A DNA stretch of 62,000 nt from Wallemia ichthyophaga EXF-994. Lineage: Eukaryota > Fungi > Basidiomycota. This document shows positions 23,403 through 34,950 of this stretch, piece by piece; the stretch's first letter is position 1, and each line of letters starts with the position of its first letter. The notes under the pieces were generated by a model that saw only the letters and a list, made by a program, of their open reading frames with translations, was not told where the DNA came from and did no database searches. The stretch lies in NCBI RefSeq assembly GCF_000400465.1, contig NW_008806283.1, forward strand, positions 60,001 to 122,000. The letters run 5' to 3'. Position numbers and translations under genes: made by a program.

Positions 23403-26400
23403 TCATTCGTCCTCATTCCTATAACCGGCTCTACGCATAGCACCTAGAGTTCTCCTTGCGGACGAAAGGTCCTTCTCGAGCTTGAGTATCTCGACCTGCT
23501 GCTCCATCTCCCTGACTTTGAACTCATGCGTGGGTACACTAGCCCAATCGACGTGACCATCTGCGTCTTGTGCTTGCTTGGCTGAAATAGCCTTGACTTG
23601 GCGCACGAGAGCTTTGCACGCCTCAGTGACAGCCTTAGCGGCAATTTCGAGTCGTTCCTGCGTCTTGGACATGAAGTTCGCCTTGACGCGCGACGCAGCG
23701 ACGAGCTGTGCGGTAGCTGCTGCCACTTCATTTGACGCTACGATAAGCTGCTCGAGTGAGTGAGACCCATTCAACACTCCGTCTGCGGCTTCGATGAGAA
23801 GATTCGTCGCAAACGCTACAGCCTTGGCAGCTGAAATCAATCCCTCTGTCCATCTGTTGTTGCGTTTGTAGAATTGCTGCGCTGACATGGTAGATCCACG
23901 TCCTTGGGCTACTATTTCCTTCTGAGACTCTGTAGCAGCCTGGATGAGACGAGCAATCGCATTCGTTATCGCTAGCGACGCTTCGAGTATTGCATCGTGC
24001 ACATTCTTGTCTAGACCGGAGTACCTCGTCGTGGTTTCCGCATGCATCATCGATTGTATCCTCTCGGTCGCCGCTTGGATTGCGTTTGCTGCTGCTAACA
24101 TCTCTCGCTCAACTATATCTCCAATTTCACCACTAGCTTTGGATAACTCTGTGCGGCCTTTAGGAATGGCCATGTCGAGGATATCTGTGAGCTCGTTTAG
24201 CGCCTCGCGCGAATCTGAGTTTTTGCGCGCGACAACGAGCGCACGTTGTTCAGAAGGCACCAGAGCAAGACGGAATGACTGCACATCAAGGAAAGCCCTT
24301 GCGGCAACATCACCAACTTTCCTAGCACCCTTGATTAGTGCATCGGATGCTTCGTCATCCTTAGTCAGCCTAGTTACTCCCTTGGCATTGAGCAGTATCT
24401 CGCAAATAGTTTGAGACAGCTCATTGGCAATCTTGATTACGTCAACGTGCCCAGCTGTCTGCTTGGGTGCTATGAAAGATGTGAAAGTCACTGCAAATTC
24501 CGAAGCATCCGCTTGCGCTTTTTCAATCATTGATAGTGTATACTCTGGAGATGCATTCTGGTTTCCAGTCTGGATTGACGACTCAAGCTCGTAATTGACA
24601 TCATCAATTTTATGCACGCATGCTTGGAAGATACTGTCAATAATCTGCTTTAACTTCTTATCGTGATCAACAATAAGCAAATCAATTTGTGCATTCAGTG
24701 CTTGGTCTGATTCTCCCTGTGTTAATTGCATTTCACCGAGTTTGCCGATAGTGGAATCCATTCCTTCTTGAATGATGGCAATCTCCGCATCTTTCTCTTC
24801 GCGCACACGCTCCGCTTCACCATTCGCCACGTCAATCTTATGAAGGAGCTCATCGATTTGTATTTGCTTTGAGTGGAGACTATCTTCCAACTCGTTCAAT
24901 TGTCGATTATATCTGCTGATCATGGAGGAGGTTTCAGTGGAGCGGTGGCGCGTTGCATCCTCTGCTCTCTCATTTGCAAAGTCAAGATCACGACGTAAAC
25001 GACTATGCTCATCTTTCTGACTTGATTTAAGTCTGTCAAGATCAAAGCGAGCTCTGTCGCGTTCACGTATCATGTCTGCTAGCTCGAGATTCTTTGCTTT
25101 GACATCACGTTCCATGCGTTCGTACTGTTTAGTGTTAGCGTGGTGCTTTGTATTGATAAGCGATGACAAACTCACCTTAGTGATTGCCTCCTGAGCAGAA
25201 TTAGCTTTGAGTTGCATTTGCTTAAATTTCCCAAGCATATCCAGGTGTTCAGTGCGTAGTTGAGAATACAATTTTGCCAGTGCCTCATACTTGTTTCTCC
25301 ACATGGTAATTTGATCCTGTAAACTCTTAATGAGCTCATCTTTGCCTATCATCTGTGCTCCAACATTGGCATTGATTGCAGCCAACTCCATTTCAAGGGC
25401 CTTGACACGCGAGTCATATTGCTGAAGCATCATCTGGTCCCTCTCAAACTGACCTCTCATCTCTAGTAGTTGACGCTCCATATCTGCAGCTGCACCCATG
25501 TGCTGCTGTGCCGCTTGCTGTTGTAAAAGCTGTTGTTTTGCCATTTCTTGTTGTTGTTGTTGGAGGAGTTGCTGTTCTTCAAACTCACGCTGCTGATTTT
25601 GCATCTGAAGTTGACGTTGAGCTTCCTGCGAGTCACGCTCAGATTGAAGCTTGGCCTGTTGATCTTCATACTCCTTGAGCATACGTGCTTGTTCAGCAAT
25701 ATCAACTGATGGGGTGTCTGGAGCAGTGGGTGGGGGAGCAGGTGACTTTTGCAAAGCTTTCCGCTCAGCCATCTCAGCATGACCTTCCGGATCCTGCCAT
25801 AAGTTTGGAGGCTCCTGGGGGAGTTGTTAGGTTGGGAAGGGTAAGACAGAGAAAGACGACCCACCTGACCAAGTTTAGGAACGTTGATTAAAGAGGTGAG
25901 GTATTTGAGGTTGGAGCATTCGTAGTAAAATTTACGCAATTGATGGTGTTGACCGTTGAAGCGCTGTACGAGAGGTTGAAGGATCTCATCAGCGTTTTCG
26001 ACACCTGTTGGAATGTGATTGAGTGGGAAGTTAACAGGTTGTTAATTAAAACTAACGTCTGTGCATTGCTCTAAGCATGGAAGTGATGAATCTGTAAATA
26101 CCATAACTCTCCTTAACGAGAGGAACAAGGGAAGAGATTCTGCACTCATTGTTTGAGATGCCACGGAGGTGCATAAAAACCAGACGCTGGAAAGAATCGA
26201 TACCGTCTTGAAGATTCATAAGATCGGCAACTGTCTCATATCTAAGTGGGTGAATGAGTGGGGTAAAGCGGGGTAAGAGAACGAAACAAACCCCTCATTA
26301 GGATCATCAACGCCTTTGAGAGTGATATACTCAGCGTATTCAAACAAACCATTGAATTCAGGGTGGTTTCTGTGAAAACGCAATTTGGACATGATGAATT

Positions 26401-26903
26401 GAACGTAAGCTTGAATTAGTGGAGCGTAACCAAGACCAAAGTTGCCAACAGTGCGTGAGCAAGTGTCTAGCCAGCCGATGTGCTGTTGAATTTCGCGTAA
26501 AGTCTGAGATGACGTCAGACGTGTGTACTGGGAAGGTATAACGAGAGTCCACACGCACAATTGGATGGCCTTCCTGTACGATTTTGTGCACAACGATAAG
26601 AGCTTTGTAAGTTTGAACTTCATCGCTCATAATCGGCTGTACACGTAAACCAGACCAAATGGATTGTGAGGAGTGATAATCCCAAGTGTAAACAATACAT
26701 TCTGCGATAAGAATGATGAGCTCATGATTGTAATCTAAATAATAAAACTAACTTCTAACGTGCTTCTGCTTTGGTGCAGTCTCATCAGTATTCGTTGCTT
26801 TCTTAATATTGAGAGCGAGTTCAGTTTCAGCTTTATCGCGATCAACGGGTCTTGATGGCTGGTGGAAGCTGTCGTGAAATCCCTGCTGCCTTAATCTCGA
26901 CAT
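23403..26903 (-). CDS. SLA2: Endocytic adaptor Sla2/End4 (ANTH, coiled coil, I/LWEQ)
   Basis: IKKATNTDETAPKQKHVR, VQTYKALIVVHKIVQEGHP, coiled coil, and talin-like FYKRNNRWTEGLISAAKAVA..EMEQQVEILKLEKDL; multi-exon. Confidence 0.96.
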
Positions 26904-26934
26904 GGTGATGGTGGTTGGTGTCAGCCTAACAACC

Positions 26935-28278
26935 ATGAGTGATTTGGAAATTTCAAGACAAGAAAAGCTGGCGAGGGCCAGAAACCATTTGAAGAAGGCT
27001 CAGTCGAAGAAAAAGCACTCGAGTAGCGCTTCAAGAGACGTTTCTTCGTTATTCACTACAACTCCAACTGATCAGCCAAATTCTCCTTTATTCTCTCCTA
27101 CGCTTGATGAATCTGATAAGACGAGCGATTGGGATGCTTTGCAATCCTCGCTTCAGATTCAATCTGATAAGCAGCTTGACGTGGATCAGGCTGCGGATGA
27201 TTTTGATAAAGGTGATCAAGAGGGTGGATATGATGAGGCGAATGCGGTGGATGGAGTCGATGTAGTGAATTCGAGAGATGCAGGGGATGTGGTTGATACA
27301 GGTAATACAGCCGATACATTCGATACACTCGATAAAGCTGAGGAACCGCACGAGAAACGGGAGAATGCACAAGAATCACCCGAAATGCAACGGCAACAAC
27401 CGCCACTCACAGAAATTTCCTTAGAAGAGCTCAAACAGCAATTAAATGAAGCACACATTGATCATAGCGCGCAAATGAGCGAAAAGAAGAACACAATTGA
27501 TGCACTTGAAAAGACAATCATTGAACTGAAAAGCAACTCTGGAAATAGCGATGAAGTTAATAATTTAGAGAGGAAATTAGATTCAATACAGGCCCAATTA
27601 ATGTCGAACAAGCAATCACACCAAGAAACAAATTCAGCATTGCAACATAGTGAAAATGAGCGTAATCAGCAACGAGAGAATATTGATGCAATTGAGCAAA
27701 AGCTAAGTCATGCTTCGGAGCAGTTGTTGAGGAGTAAATTGGATAACAAGAGTGTTAGAGATGAGGTGGAGAGGGGTAATTCTGAGATTAAATCTTTGAA
27801 GGAGCAACTTAGCGAGCAGCTATCAACAATAAGTAATCTGCAAGAGATGGAAAAGGAGAAAGAGAGGCTATCCACCCTTTCTAGCAATTTGCAAGAGTCA
27901 AACGAATCTCTATCTCACCGTCTTTCACAGTTAGAGGAGGAGAATGCATCTCTAAAGCAAACTATAGAAAAGGACGCAGATAGAAAGAGTATCGAGAGTC
28001 TCGATAAGGGGGCATCAACAATACCATTGAATACTAATGGACACTTTGTCTCAGCAGCTGCACGCTCACTTATACCAAGCAGCGTGATGCATAAGCGTCG
28101 AGAATCGTTGCAGATGCTCAAGATACGTATGGATAGTCACATACAGCCAACACAAATGGACGCCGTCAATGAAGAGAGCCTGCCGCGCAACCAATTTATG
28201 ACCAACGACGACCCACTCTTCTTCTGTGCAGCTTGTGAGAATGAGAATGACGAGGGAGAAGGGTTGATTGTGTTGTAA
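26935..28278 (+). CDS. Golgin-like coiled-coil protein (GM130/Bug1-like)
   Basis: N-terminal RQEKLARARNHLKKAQSKK, long coiled coil, and C-terminal LFFCAACE..GLIVL resembling the fungal GRASP-binding golgin tail. Confidence 0.65.
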   Translation: MSDLEISRQEKLARARNHLKKAQSKKKHSSSASRDVSSLFTTTPTDQPNSPLFSPTLDESDKTSDWDALQSSLQIQSDKQLDVDQAADDFDKGDQEGGYDEANAVDGVDVVNSRDAGDVVDTGNTADTFDTLDKAEEPHEKRENAQESPEMQRQQPPLTEISLEELKQQLNEAHIDHSAQMSEKKNTIDALEKTIIELKSNSGNSDEVNNLERKLDSIQAQLMSNKQSHQETNSALQHSENERNQQRENIDAIEQKLSHASEQLLRSKLDNKSVRDEVERGNSEIKSLKEQLSEQLSTISNLQEMEKEKERLSTLSSNLQESNESLSHRLSQLEEENASLKQTIEKDADRKSIESLDKGASTIPLNTNGHFVSAAARSLIPSSVMHKRRESLQMLKIRMDSHIQPTQMDAVNEESLPRNQFMTNDDPLFFCAACENENDEGEGLIVL

Positions 28279-28526
28279 TGAGAATGAATTTGTTTGATAA
28301 GTGAGAATTAACAAGTGAGAATATGAGACATTAGATAGTGCCAGACATTATGGTAACAGACACATCAAACATACCAAACACTCTTGACATATAAATGGTT
28401 ATAGATTGTTTAATAGTATGACTGAAATGATCTCAGATACGATCGATATAAGAAGAGAGATAAGACAATTTAGATTTAATTATAAAGAATTCGTTTATCG
28501 GTTATAGATTTGAGTCATGGAAAATT

Positions 28527-29360
28527 TTAGGCTTGTTCACCTTGAGCTGGTTCATCTTCTTGCTTAACATCAGATTTCTCTTCTGGCTTTGAATCAGATT
28601 CTTGCATGTCCGAAGTCCATAAAGTGAGGTTATCACGTAAGAGTTGCATAATCAATGTGCTGTCTTTGTAGCTTTCCTCGGAGAGAGTGTCTAATTCAGC
28701 GATAGCGTCATCGAAGGCTTGCTTAGCGAGGTGACAAGCGCGGTCAGGAGAGTTAAGAATTTCATAGTAAAAGACTGAGAAGTTAAGAGCCAAGCCAAGT
28801 CTGATAGGGTGAGTTGGAGGAAGTTCAGTGACAGCGACGTCGGAAGCAGACTTGTAAGCCTCCAAAGAAGCTTCAGCTGATCCCTTTCTACGATCACCGG
28901 TAGCGAATTCAGCGAGGTAACGGTGGTAGTCACCCTTCATCTTGTGGTAGAAGACCTTTGATTCACCGGACGCAGCAGAAGGAATGAGGTGGCCATCGAG
29001 AACGTCGAGAATGTCTTCACATATCTTAGCCAATTCAAGCTCAATCTTCTCTCTGTAAGACTTAATCATGTGAACTTGAGAATCGTTGCCCTTAGACTCC
29101 TCCTTTTGCTCAATAGAGGATACGATTCTCCAAGAAGCTCTACGAGCACCGATGACGTTCTTGTAAGCGACAGAGAGCAAGTTACGTTCTTCAACGGTGA
29201 GTTCTTGATCAGAGGAGGCCACCTTCTTCATAGATTCGACCATTTCTGGGTGGATTGTGAGCTGAGAGTGAGACACGTGAAGCACCCACACACCTTCATA
29301 ACGCTCAGCTTGCTCAGCGAGTTTAGCGAGGTAAACGTGGTCTTCACGGGTTTCAGTCAT
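28527..29360 (-). CDS. BMH1: 14-3-3 protein
   Basis: [76 protein letters not shown]; 48-nt in-frame intron 29293-29246. Confidence 0.98.
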   Translation of the reverse strand: MTETREDHVYLAKLAEQAERYEGVWVLHVSHSQLTIHPEMVESMKKVASSDQELTVEERNLLSVAYKNVIGARRASWRIVSSIEQKEESKGNDSQVHMIKSYREKIELELAKICEDILDVLDGHLIPSAASGESKVFYHKMKGDYHRYLAEFATGDRRKGSAEASLEAYKSASDVAVTELPPTHPIRLGLALNFSVFYYEILNSPDRACHLAKQAFDDAIAELDTLSEESYKDSTLIMQLLRDNLTLWTSDMQESDSKPEEKSDVKQEDEPAQGEQA

Positions 29361-30169
29361 TTCTACGGGTATTGTTAGGATTTTTGTATTTTTAGTGCGA
29401 GTGCGTGTGCGTTGGGTGCAAGTGAGGTGAAGGAAATTCCAGACTTTGACGTTTCATAAAGGAGAAATTTTTAAAGAAATTCAAGAGAGTGGCAGTGGGA
29501 GCGTGGTGGCTGTGTGTTGCAGGCAGCCCAGTATCACCACCAAGCTCCCCCACTCCCGCTCACCCACTCTTAAGCCACGTCACCGAAAAACCGCAGTGAC
29601 GCGTGGATGTATGAATACACCACGCAGCCACCCAATCTCGCACTCCCGCCAACGCCCACGCTTCGCCTCACCCACCTTGTTGTCTGTGTTAGATGGTATT
29701 CTGCGTAGGCTTCGAATAATCGATCCATTTCATCAAAGCGTAAAAAAAATTACAAAGTAAAAATCCTATTGTAGGTTATTGTGAGATGTGGAGGGGTCTG
29801 GGAGGCATGTTAGCCACTCTGCGCTTGTTACACATTTATACACGTTATCAGTGGTGCTAGCGGGTGGCCACGGCGTAAAGGGGTGTGCAGAGCGGGGAGT
29901 GTAATAAATGAATAAATATACTTGTAAAAATGGATTGTATATCAAAATAATTATATCTGCCAAATTGAGCGGCTTAAACAGCGTATATCAGCGTATATGA
30001 CACGAACCAGGAAAATAGACGGCGTTCGTAGTCTGCTGAGCCATCCAGCTTTGCAGTGTGCACCGAAGTCTAGACCTGTTTATCAGCTTAACCAGCTTAA
30101 TCGGGTCAACAACCCCTACTGTTAGTAGTGTTCTAATTCAAAAACCACGCTAAAAACACTCCAGTATCG

Positions 30170-30943
30170 ATGCTAGCTACACCACTGCGCTGGTGTGCTG
30201 TATCCAAGTACAAATACCCCAGTGCGCTACTCCTGCGCTTCAGAGTGGTCCAAGGTGTGCTACAGCTGCGAGACAAGGCGTCCACCAACAATTCAAACTC
30301 ACTCGGTAAAGGAATGAGTGTGCTTTGTCGGCGCAGTGCACTCGAGTGTATGCTAAATGACAAGCTCTGGATGAGGTTATCGCGAAATGCGAGTGTACCT
30401 AGCCATTTCGTACACGCAGTACAATCGCAGCTGGTGGATGGAGTGGTGGCTGAGTTAGATGGCATTCTGCGTAAGCTGCGCAGTAATTGTGTTGAGCCGG
30501 ATCAATCGTTTCAATCGGATCACCCAGCGTGGTTAATGCAGCGTCAGACAATCGCTACAACAAACACAACTTTATTCGTCGGTTTCTATATCACTCTGGC
30601 ATCAACACCAACACACACAGTCCCATTCAGCCGCCTCACTCAAGGAACATACAGCTCACCGATCTACACGTTCAGCGACAAATACGCAGACAAATACCAG
30701 CTAAACGCGATTCGTTATCGTCTGAGCAAATTAGAAGAGCAGCTGCGACGCCGGGGATGCAACACTGGCCAAAACACCTCCGACACGTTTGCATTTGGGT
30801 TCGGCAGAGTGAGTGATGCACACCTGTCCATCGATCTCACCCCTCTCGCCGTGGCGCTGTGGAGATGTAGAATGTGGCATGAGGATGAGCTGGTTTTAGA
30901 GGGTTTTGGGTTGAATAGTGGGGATATTAGGGTGATACGGTAG
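30170..30943 (+). CDS. Hypothetical protein, 257 aa, possibly mitochondrial
   Basis: Intronless ATG ORF filling the gap between 14-3-3 and the WBP2-like gene; basic/hydrophobic N-terminus; family not confidently recognised. Confidence 0.6.
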   Translation: MLATPLRWCAVSKYKYPSALLLRFRVVQGVLQLRDKASTNNSNSLGKGMSVLCRRSALECMLNDKLWMRLSRNASVPSHFVHAVQSQLVDGVVAELDGILRKLRSNCVEPDQSFQSDHPAWLMQRQTIATTNTTLFVGFYITLASTPTHTVPFSRLTQGTYSSPIYTFSDKYADKYQLNAIRYRLSKLEEQLRRRGCNTGQNTSDTFAFGFGRVSDAHLSIDLTPLAVALWRCRMWHEDELVLEGFGLNSGDIRVIR

Positions 30944-31039
30944 ATTATCAATCAGCATATCAATCAGCACTATCATCATATCATCATCATATCATCAATA
31001 ATACAGTGAGCAGTGAGTGAATCTTCACAACTGTCTCGT

Positions 31040-31797
31040 TTAACTATACGAACTGTACGGCGGTGGATTCTCTTGTCCCTGCTGCCTCTCCTCGTTAGCG
31101 TCCGCATCAGCACCTCTAGCGGCCATAGCAGCGTGCACGCTATCGTCGTGTACCTGATACGAGTAATCTGGGGTAGGATTGCTGCTGTGATTAGACTCGC
31201 TTTCGTATTTAGGCAGGGGTTCATTCTGGGGTGCGTTTGAGTAAGCACCCAGACGCTCTCTGGCTTCTTCAACCCCCTGGTAGAATTCGAAGGTGGATCC
31301 CTGGCTGAACCAGACTTTGAGGTCAGCGCCCTGGTTGAAGCCGTTGGAGTAGGTGTGTTGGTTGTAGTCGTTGTCGTTGTTGTCGTTGTCATTCTCACCA
31401 CCCCGATCACCCCGATCACCCCGATCGTCAATACCGCTGCCACTCCCACCAGGCAGAATAGTAGCCTCCCAACGATTCGCGCCGAGGAGTGGCTGGGCGA
31501 GGTAGCCATCAGCGACGTACTGGAGGAGCACACTGAGGCTGCGAATGGATTCGTGGGCGGGTGAGAGAAATACTATACGCTTGTTGGTAAGGAAGATGCT
31601 GCCGTGTGCATCATAAACGCGTCCAGGAGCACTGAGGCTGATGCGCAACTGGACGTCGTCGTAGCTGAGTATTATCTTCTCCTCTGTGTGCAGAGTGAGA
31701 TTGTGACAGTGAGCCAGAATCGAACACCCAACCTACCGGGGAATTCAACGGGTCTTGTGCCGTCTTGATTGGTCATTGAGTTGTTGATTGCAGCCAT
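31040..31797 (-). CDS. WW-domain-binding protein 2-like (PH-GRAM) with PY motifs
   Basis: ATG 31797, one intron; GSIFLTNKRIVFL, QPLLGANRW, LKVWFSQGSTFEF; C-terminal LPKY and PPPY. Confidence 0.82.
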
Positions 31798-31927
31798 TGT
31801 TGTGGTGGTGGTTAGGGAGTAAGGGGATTAATCAATAATATCAATAATATCAATAATAAAATATAAATGGCTATCCTTGTGTGCATATTCACTCATTCTC
31901 ACTTCCTGCTTCCCACTCCCACCACCC

Positions 31928-32382
31928 ATGTCCAGATTCATCAGAGGCTCTCTCAGTGGTTTCGCTGTTGCTGCCGCAGCCAGCTACAGCTTTAGTAGTG
32001 CTATTGGTGCACGCACTGACTCTATTTCTGCCGAGTGAGTTGCGTCTTCACTCCTCGCACTTCCCACTAAGCCACCAAAAGACTCGCGGAAATACGCGAT
32101 TTCTATGGCACACACGCACCCCAACCTGACTCTCCCTCTCACAAGAAAGCCTACGTCAAATCCCCAGATGCATCTCTCGCTGAGCTCATCGCGACCAAGT
32201 GGAACGACCACATCCTCTCCCTAGTAGCCAGTGCCAGGAGGTTCGACTACTATGAGGCGGGTGACACGATGCTCAACTGGGCTGTCCAGAGTATCCGCGG
32301 TGGTAGTCCTAGCCAGGTAGACAAGGTAGACAGCACACTCAACACACCCACACACACCAGTACACCGCAGAAACTTGTATAA
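31928..32382 (+). CDS. MIC12: MICOS subunit Mic12-like
   Basis: Spliced model MSRFIRGSLSGFAVAAAASYSF..|..AELIATKWNDHI..; N-terminal Gly-rich TM and KWN motif. Confidence 0.6.
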
Positions 32383-32415
32383 CAAACCCAGCGCATGCAT
32401 CCCTAGCTCTATAAT

Positions 32416-34224
32416 TCACAGCCCTCTGTACTCCTCCCAGCCAACCTTCTCCATTTTATCCACCTTAGCGTAGACCTCCTCTTCCAGGCGGTGCTTATAC
32501 GTGTCGAGAGCATCCAACAAGCGTGGCATGCCCGCTGCAACGATCCTCACCGCGAGAAGACCAGCGTTAACACCCCCGTTAATAGCAACGGTAGCGACGG
32601 GGATTCCGCGTGGCATCTGCACGATAGAATGAAGGCTATCGACGCCATCTAGCGAGCTGCCTTTAACGGGTACGCCAATCACTGGGAGTGGGGTCATAGC
32701 TGCGATCATACCCGGTAAGTGTGCAGCTCCACCGGCGCCAGCTACTATGCAGCGCACGCCACGCGCGCGCGCACTGTGTGCGAATTGTGCCATGCGCTGT
32801 GGTGTGCGGTGTGCAGAAACCACTGTTAACTCATACTCCACGCCAAGCTCACCCAACATGGCTCCCGCCCCGCTCATCACCTTGAGATCCGAGTCACTTC
32901 CCATCACTACGCTTACGAGTGGGTGCGATGGGTTAGTGCGTGTGGTGGTCTTGTCGGTTTCAACTTGTTTGATGGACGGTGGGAGGAGTGTGGAGATGTG
33001 CGCGAGTGCGCTGGACACCACGCCCGAGCTGGATGACTTACTTGGCAACAGTGCCGTGAGTGTGTCCACATGGTCATGCACACTCGCTGCACTTTCCCCT
33101 ACTACCGTGACGTGTCCCATCTTGCGTCCCTTCCTACACCCCGCCTTGCCGTATAAATGGACATGAGCTCCCGGCAGAGTGAGCGCTTTACGAGCGAGCT
33201 TCATTACTCCCTCTTCCGTCCCATCGTCCCTGCCGAGGAGGTTAACCATAGCAGCGTACGGCACGACCATCTGCGTATCGCCGAGCGGGAGGTCGAGAAT
33301 AGCGCGGAGATGGTTATCGTACTGGGAGGTAGCACAAGCCTCGATAGTATAATGACCCGAGTTATGTGGCCTTGGAGCTATCTCATTGAGCAGTATCTGT
33401 CCATCAGCGAGAAGGAACATCTCCACACCGAAAACACCCGCACCTACGAAAGTGCTGATAGCGTTGGTGGCCACGTCGCGCGCGCGCGACTGCACACTCG
33501 CATCAGACGCAAGGAGAGGTGCATACACAACACTGCAAACGCTGTCCTCGTGCACCGTCTCAACGGCGGGATACGCCACTACTTGTCCACCAACTGAACG
33601 GACGACCATCACTGCGATCTCGGCAGTGAACGGGGCAAGTTCTTCCACATACAGCCCTCCCTTGCCGGCTGTCTGCGCGAGCGTGCTGACGGCTGTCTGT
33701 GCCTCTTGAGCACTCTTGACGAGGTAGTTGCCTTTACCGTCGTAAGCCTGTTTGCGGGCCTTGAGCATGACGGGGAAACCGCTAAGGTGGTTTGAGACGG
33801 CGGAGAGGAGCGCGTCAGCGGATTGCTCCTCCAGCGGTACGCTCCTCGCTACGGGGATGCGGTGGTGCATCAAGTGCTCCTTCTGCGTGTACTTGTCCTG
33901 GATTGTGCGGATGGTGGATGGTGATGGAGAGACTTGCACGCGCCCGCCCATATCACGCTCTACCTCCTCAAGCACGTCCACGTTAACGTGCTCGATCTCG
34001 ACTGTGAGGATATCTACGCGCCCAGCAAGCTCTTTGATAGCAGCTGGGTCGTTGAATGAGCCTAAGACGTGGCCTCCCTGCCTATTGGATACCTGCTTGG
34101 CCGGTGACTGCGTATCCCCCTCCAACACCACTATATCCAGATTCATCAACTGCCCCGCTTGGATGAGCATTCGGCCGAGCTGTCCCCCGCCGAGGATCCC
34201 TATTTTGCGTGTATCGATTGACAT
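32416..34224 (-). CDS. ADE2: Phosphoribosylaminoimidazole carboxylase (PurK-PurE fusion)
   Basis: KIGILGGGQLGRM, NEIAPRPHNSGH, VSVVMGSDSDL, SAHRTP, AGAGGAAHLPGM; intronless, 602 aa. Confidence 0.98.
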   Translation of the reverse strand: MSIDTRKIGILGGGQLGRMLIQAGQLMNLDIVVLEGDTQSPAKQVSNRQGGHVLGSFNDPAAIKELAGRVDILTVEIEHVNVDVLEEVERDMGGRVQVSPSPSTIRTIQDKYTQKEHLMHHRIPVARSVPLEEQSADALLSAVSNHLSGFPVMLKARKQAYDGKGNYLVKSAQEAQTAVSTLAQTAGKGGLYVEELAPFTAEIAVMVVRSVGGQVVAYPAVETVHEDSVCSVVYAPLLASDASVQSRARDVATNAISTFVGAGVFGVEMFLLADGQILLNEIAPRPHNSGHYTIEACATSQYDNHLRAILDLPLGDTQMVVPYAAMVNLLGRDDGTEEGVMKLARKALTLPGAHVHLYGKAGCRKGRKMGHVTVVGESAASVHDHVDTLTALLPSKSSSSGVVSSALAHISTLLPPSIKQVETDKTTTRTNPSHPLVSVVMGSDSDLKVMSGAGAMLGELGVEYELTVVSAHRTPQRMAQFAHSARARGVRCIVAGAGGAAHLPGMIAAMTPLPVIGVPVKGSSLDGVDSLHSIVQMPRGIPVATVAINGGVNAGLLAVRIVAAGMPRLLDALDTYKHRLEEEVYAKVDKMEKVGWEEYRGL

Positions 34225-34323
34225 TATTTAATTTTATTTTAAATCGATCTTGGTGGTTAGATGGAGAGATACGAGATGGCCATCTCCCTTGCTTCCCGAC
34301 GACGACGACGATAATTTATTTAA

Positions 34324-34905
34324 ATGGCGCCACACGTACAGCCATCGGAGGTGCGTTGATCTTCTATCCCTGCTGCCGTCTCTCACGCGCTGCAGTTCCT
34401 CCGCGATCTCGCTGAGCTGTTTGAGCGGGTGAGTGGGAGTGTGAGCAGTGGCAGTGGCAGTGGCACTGTATTCCTCACGCAGAAACGCTACCAATACCAC
34501 GATAAAGAAGGTGCAGAAATGGATATCGACGCAGACAGCCCAAATCCCGCGCAATTCCATGTTCTCCTCAGAGCTACTGCCCAAATAGACGATAAACAGT
34601 ACAAATCAGCCACGCGCATCCCTTCTGACCAGCTCGATGGCTTTGTTGCGCACTACAACTCTCTCCTCCACGCCCACCTTCACTCCAATCTCCGCAAGAG
34701 AGACAGGAAGAGAGAGAAACGTAAGGCGGATATTGCCGCTGTGAGGAAACGCAGACTAGAGACGCCCGTCGATATACCCCACTCTAAACGCGGTAGCGGG
34801 AGGCGTAAGTTTCAACGTAAAGTTAAAGCTGAACAGAGGAGGCTAGCTGCTTTGCACACGGTAGCAAGTGGCACGAGTGGGCAGAATACTTTGAAAATTC
34901 CTTAA
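34324..34905 (+). CDS. SRP14: Signal recognition particle 14 kDa subunit
   Basis: MAPHVQPSE|FLRDLAELFER..GTVFLTQKR..VLLRAT..K-rich tail; intron GTGCGT..CAG after codon 9. Confidence 0.85.
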
Positions 34906-34950
34906 AATCACTGAAATTGATGGATATCGCTTTTTACATGACAGATTCAT

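Noticed and set aside
29400-30165. Possible ncRNA or small ORFs upstream of 14-3-3
   Set aside because: No recognisable snRNA or C/D or H/ACA box arrangement; the ORFs lack coding character; likely promoter/UTR.
30945-31870. ATC/AAT-rich short tandem repeats flanking the WBP2-like gene
   Set aside because: Simple microsatellite-like tracts; no unique spacers, so not an array of functional interest.
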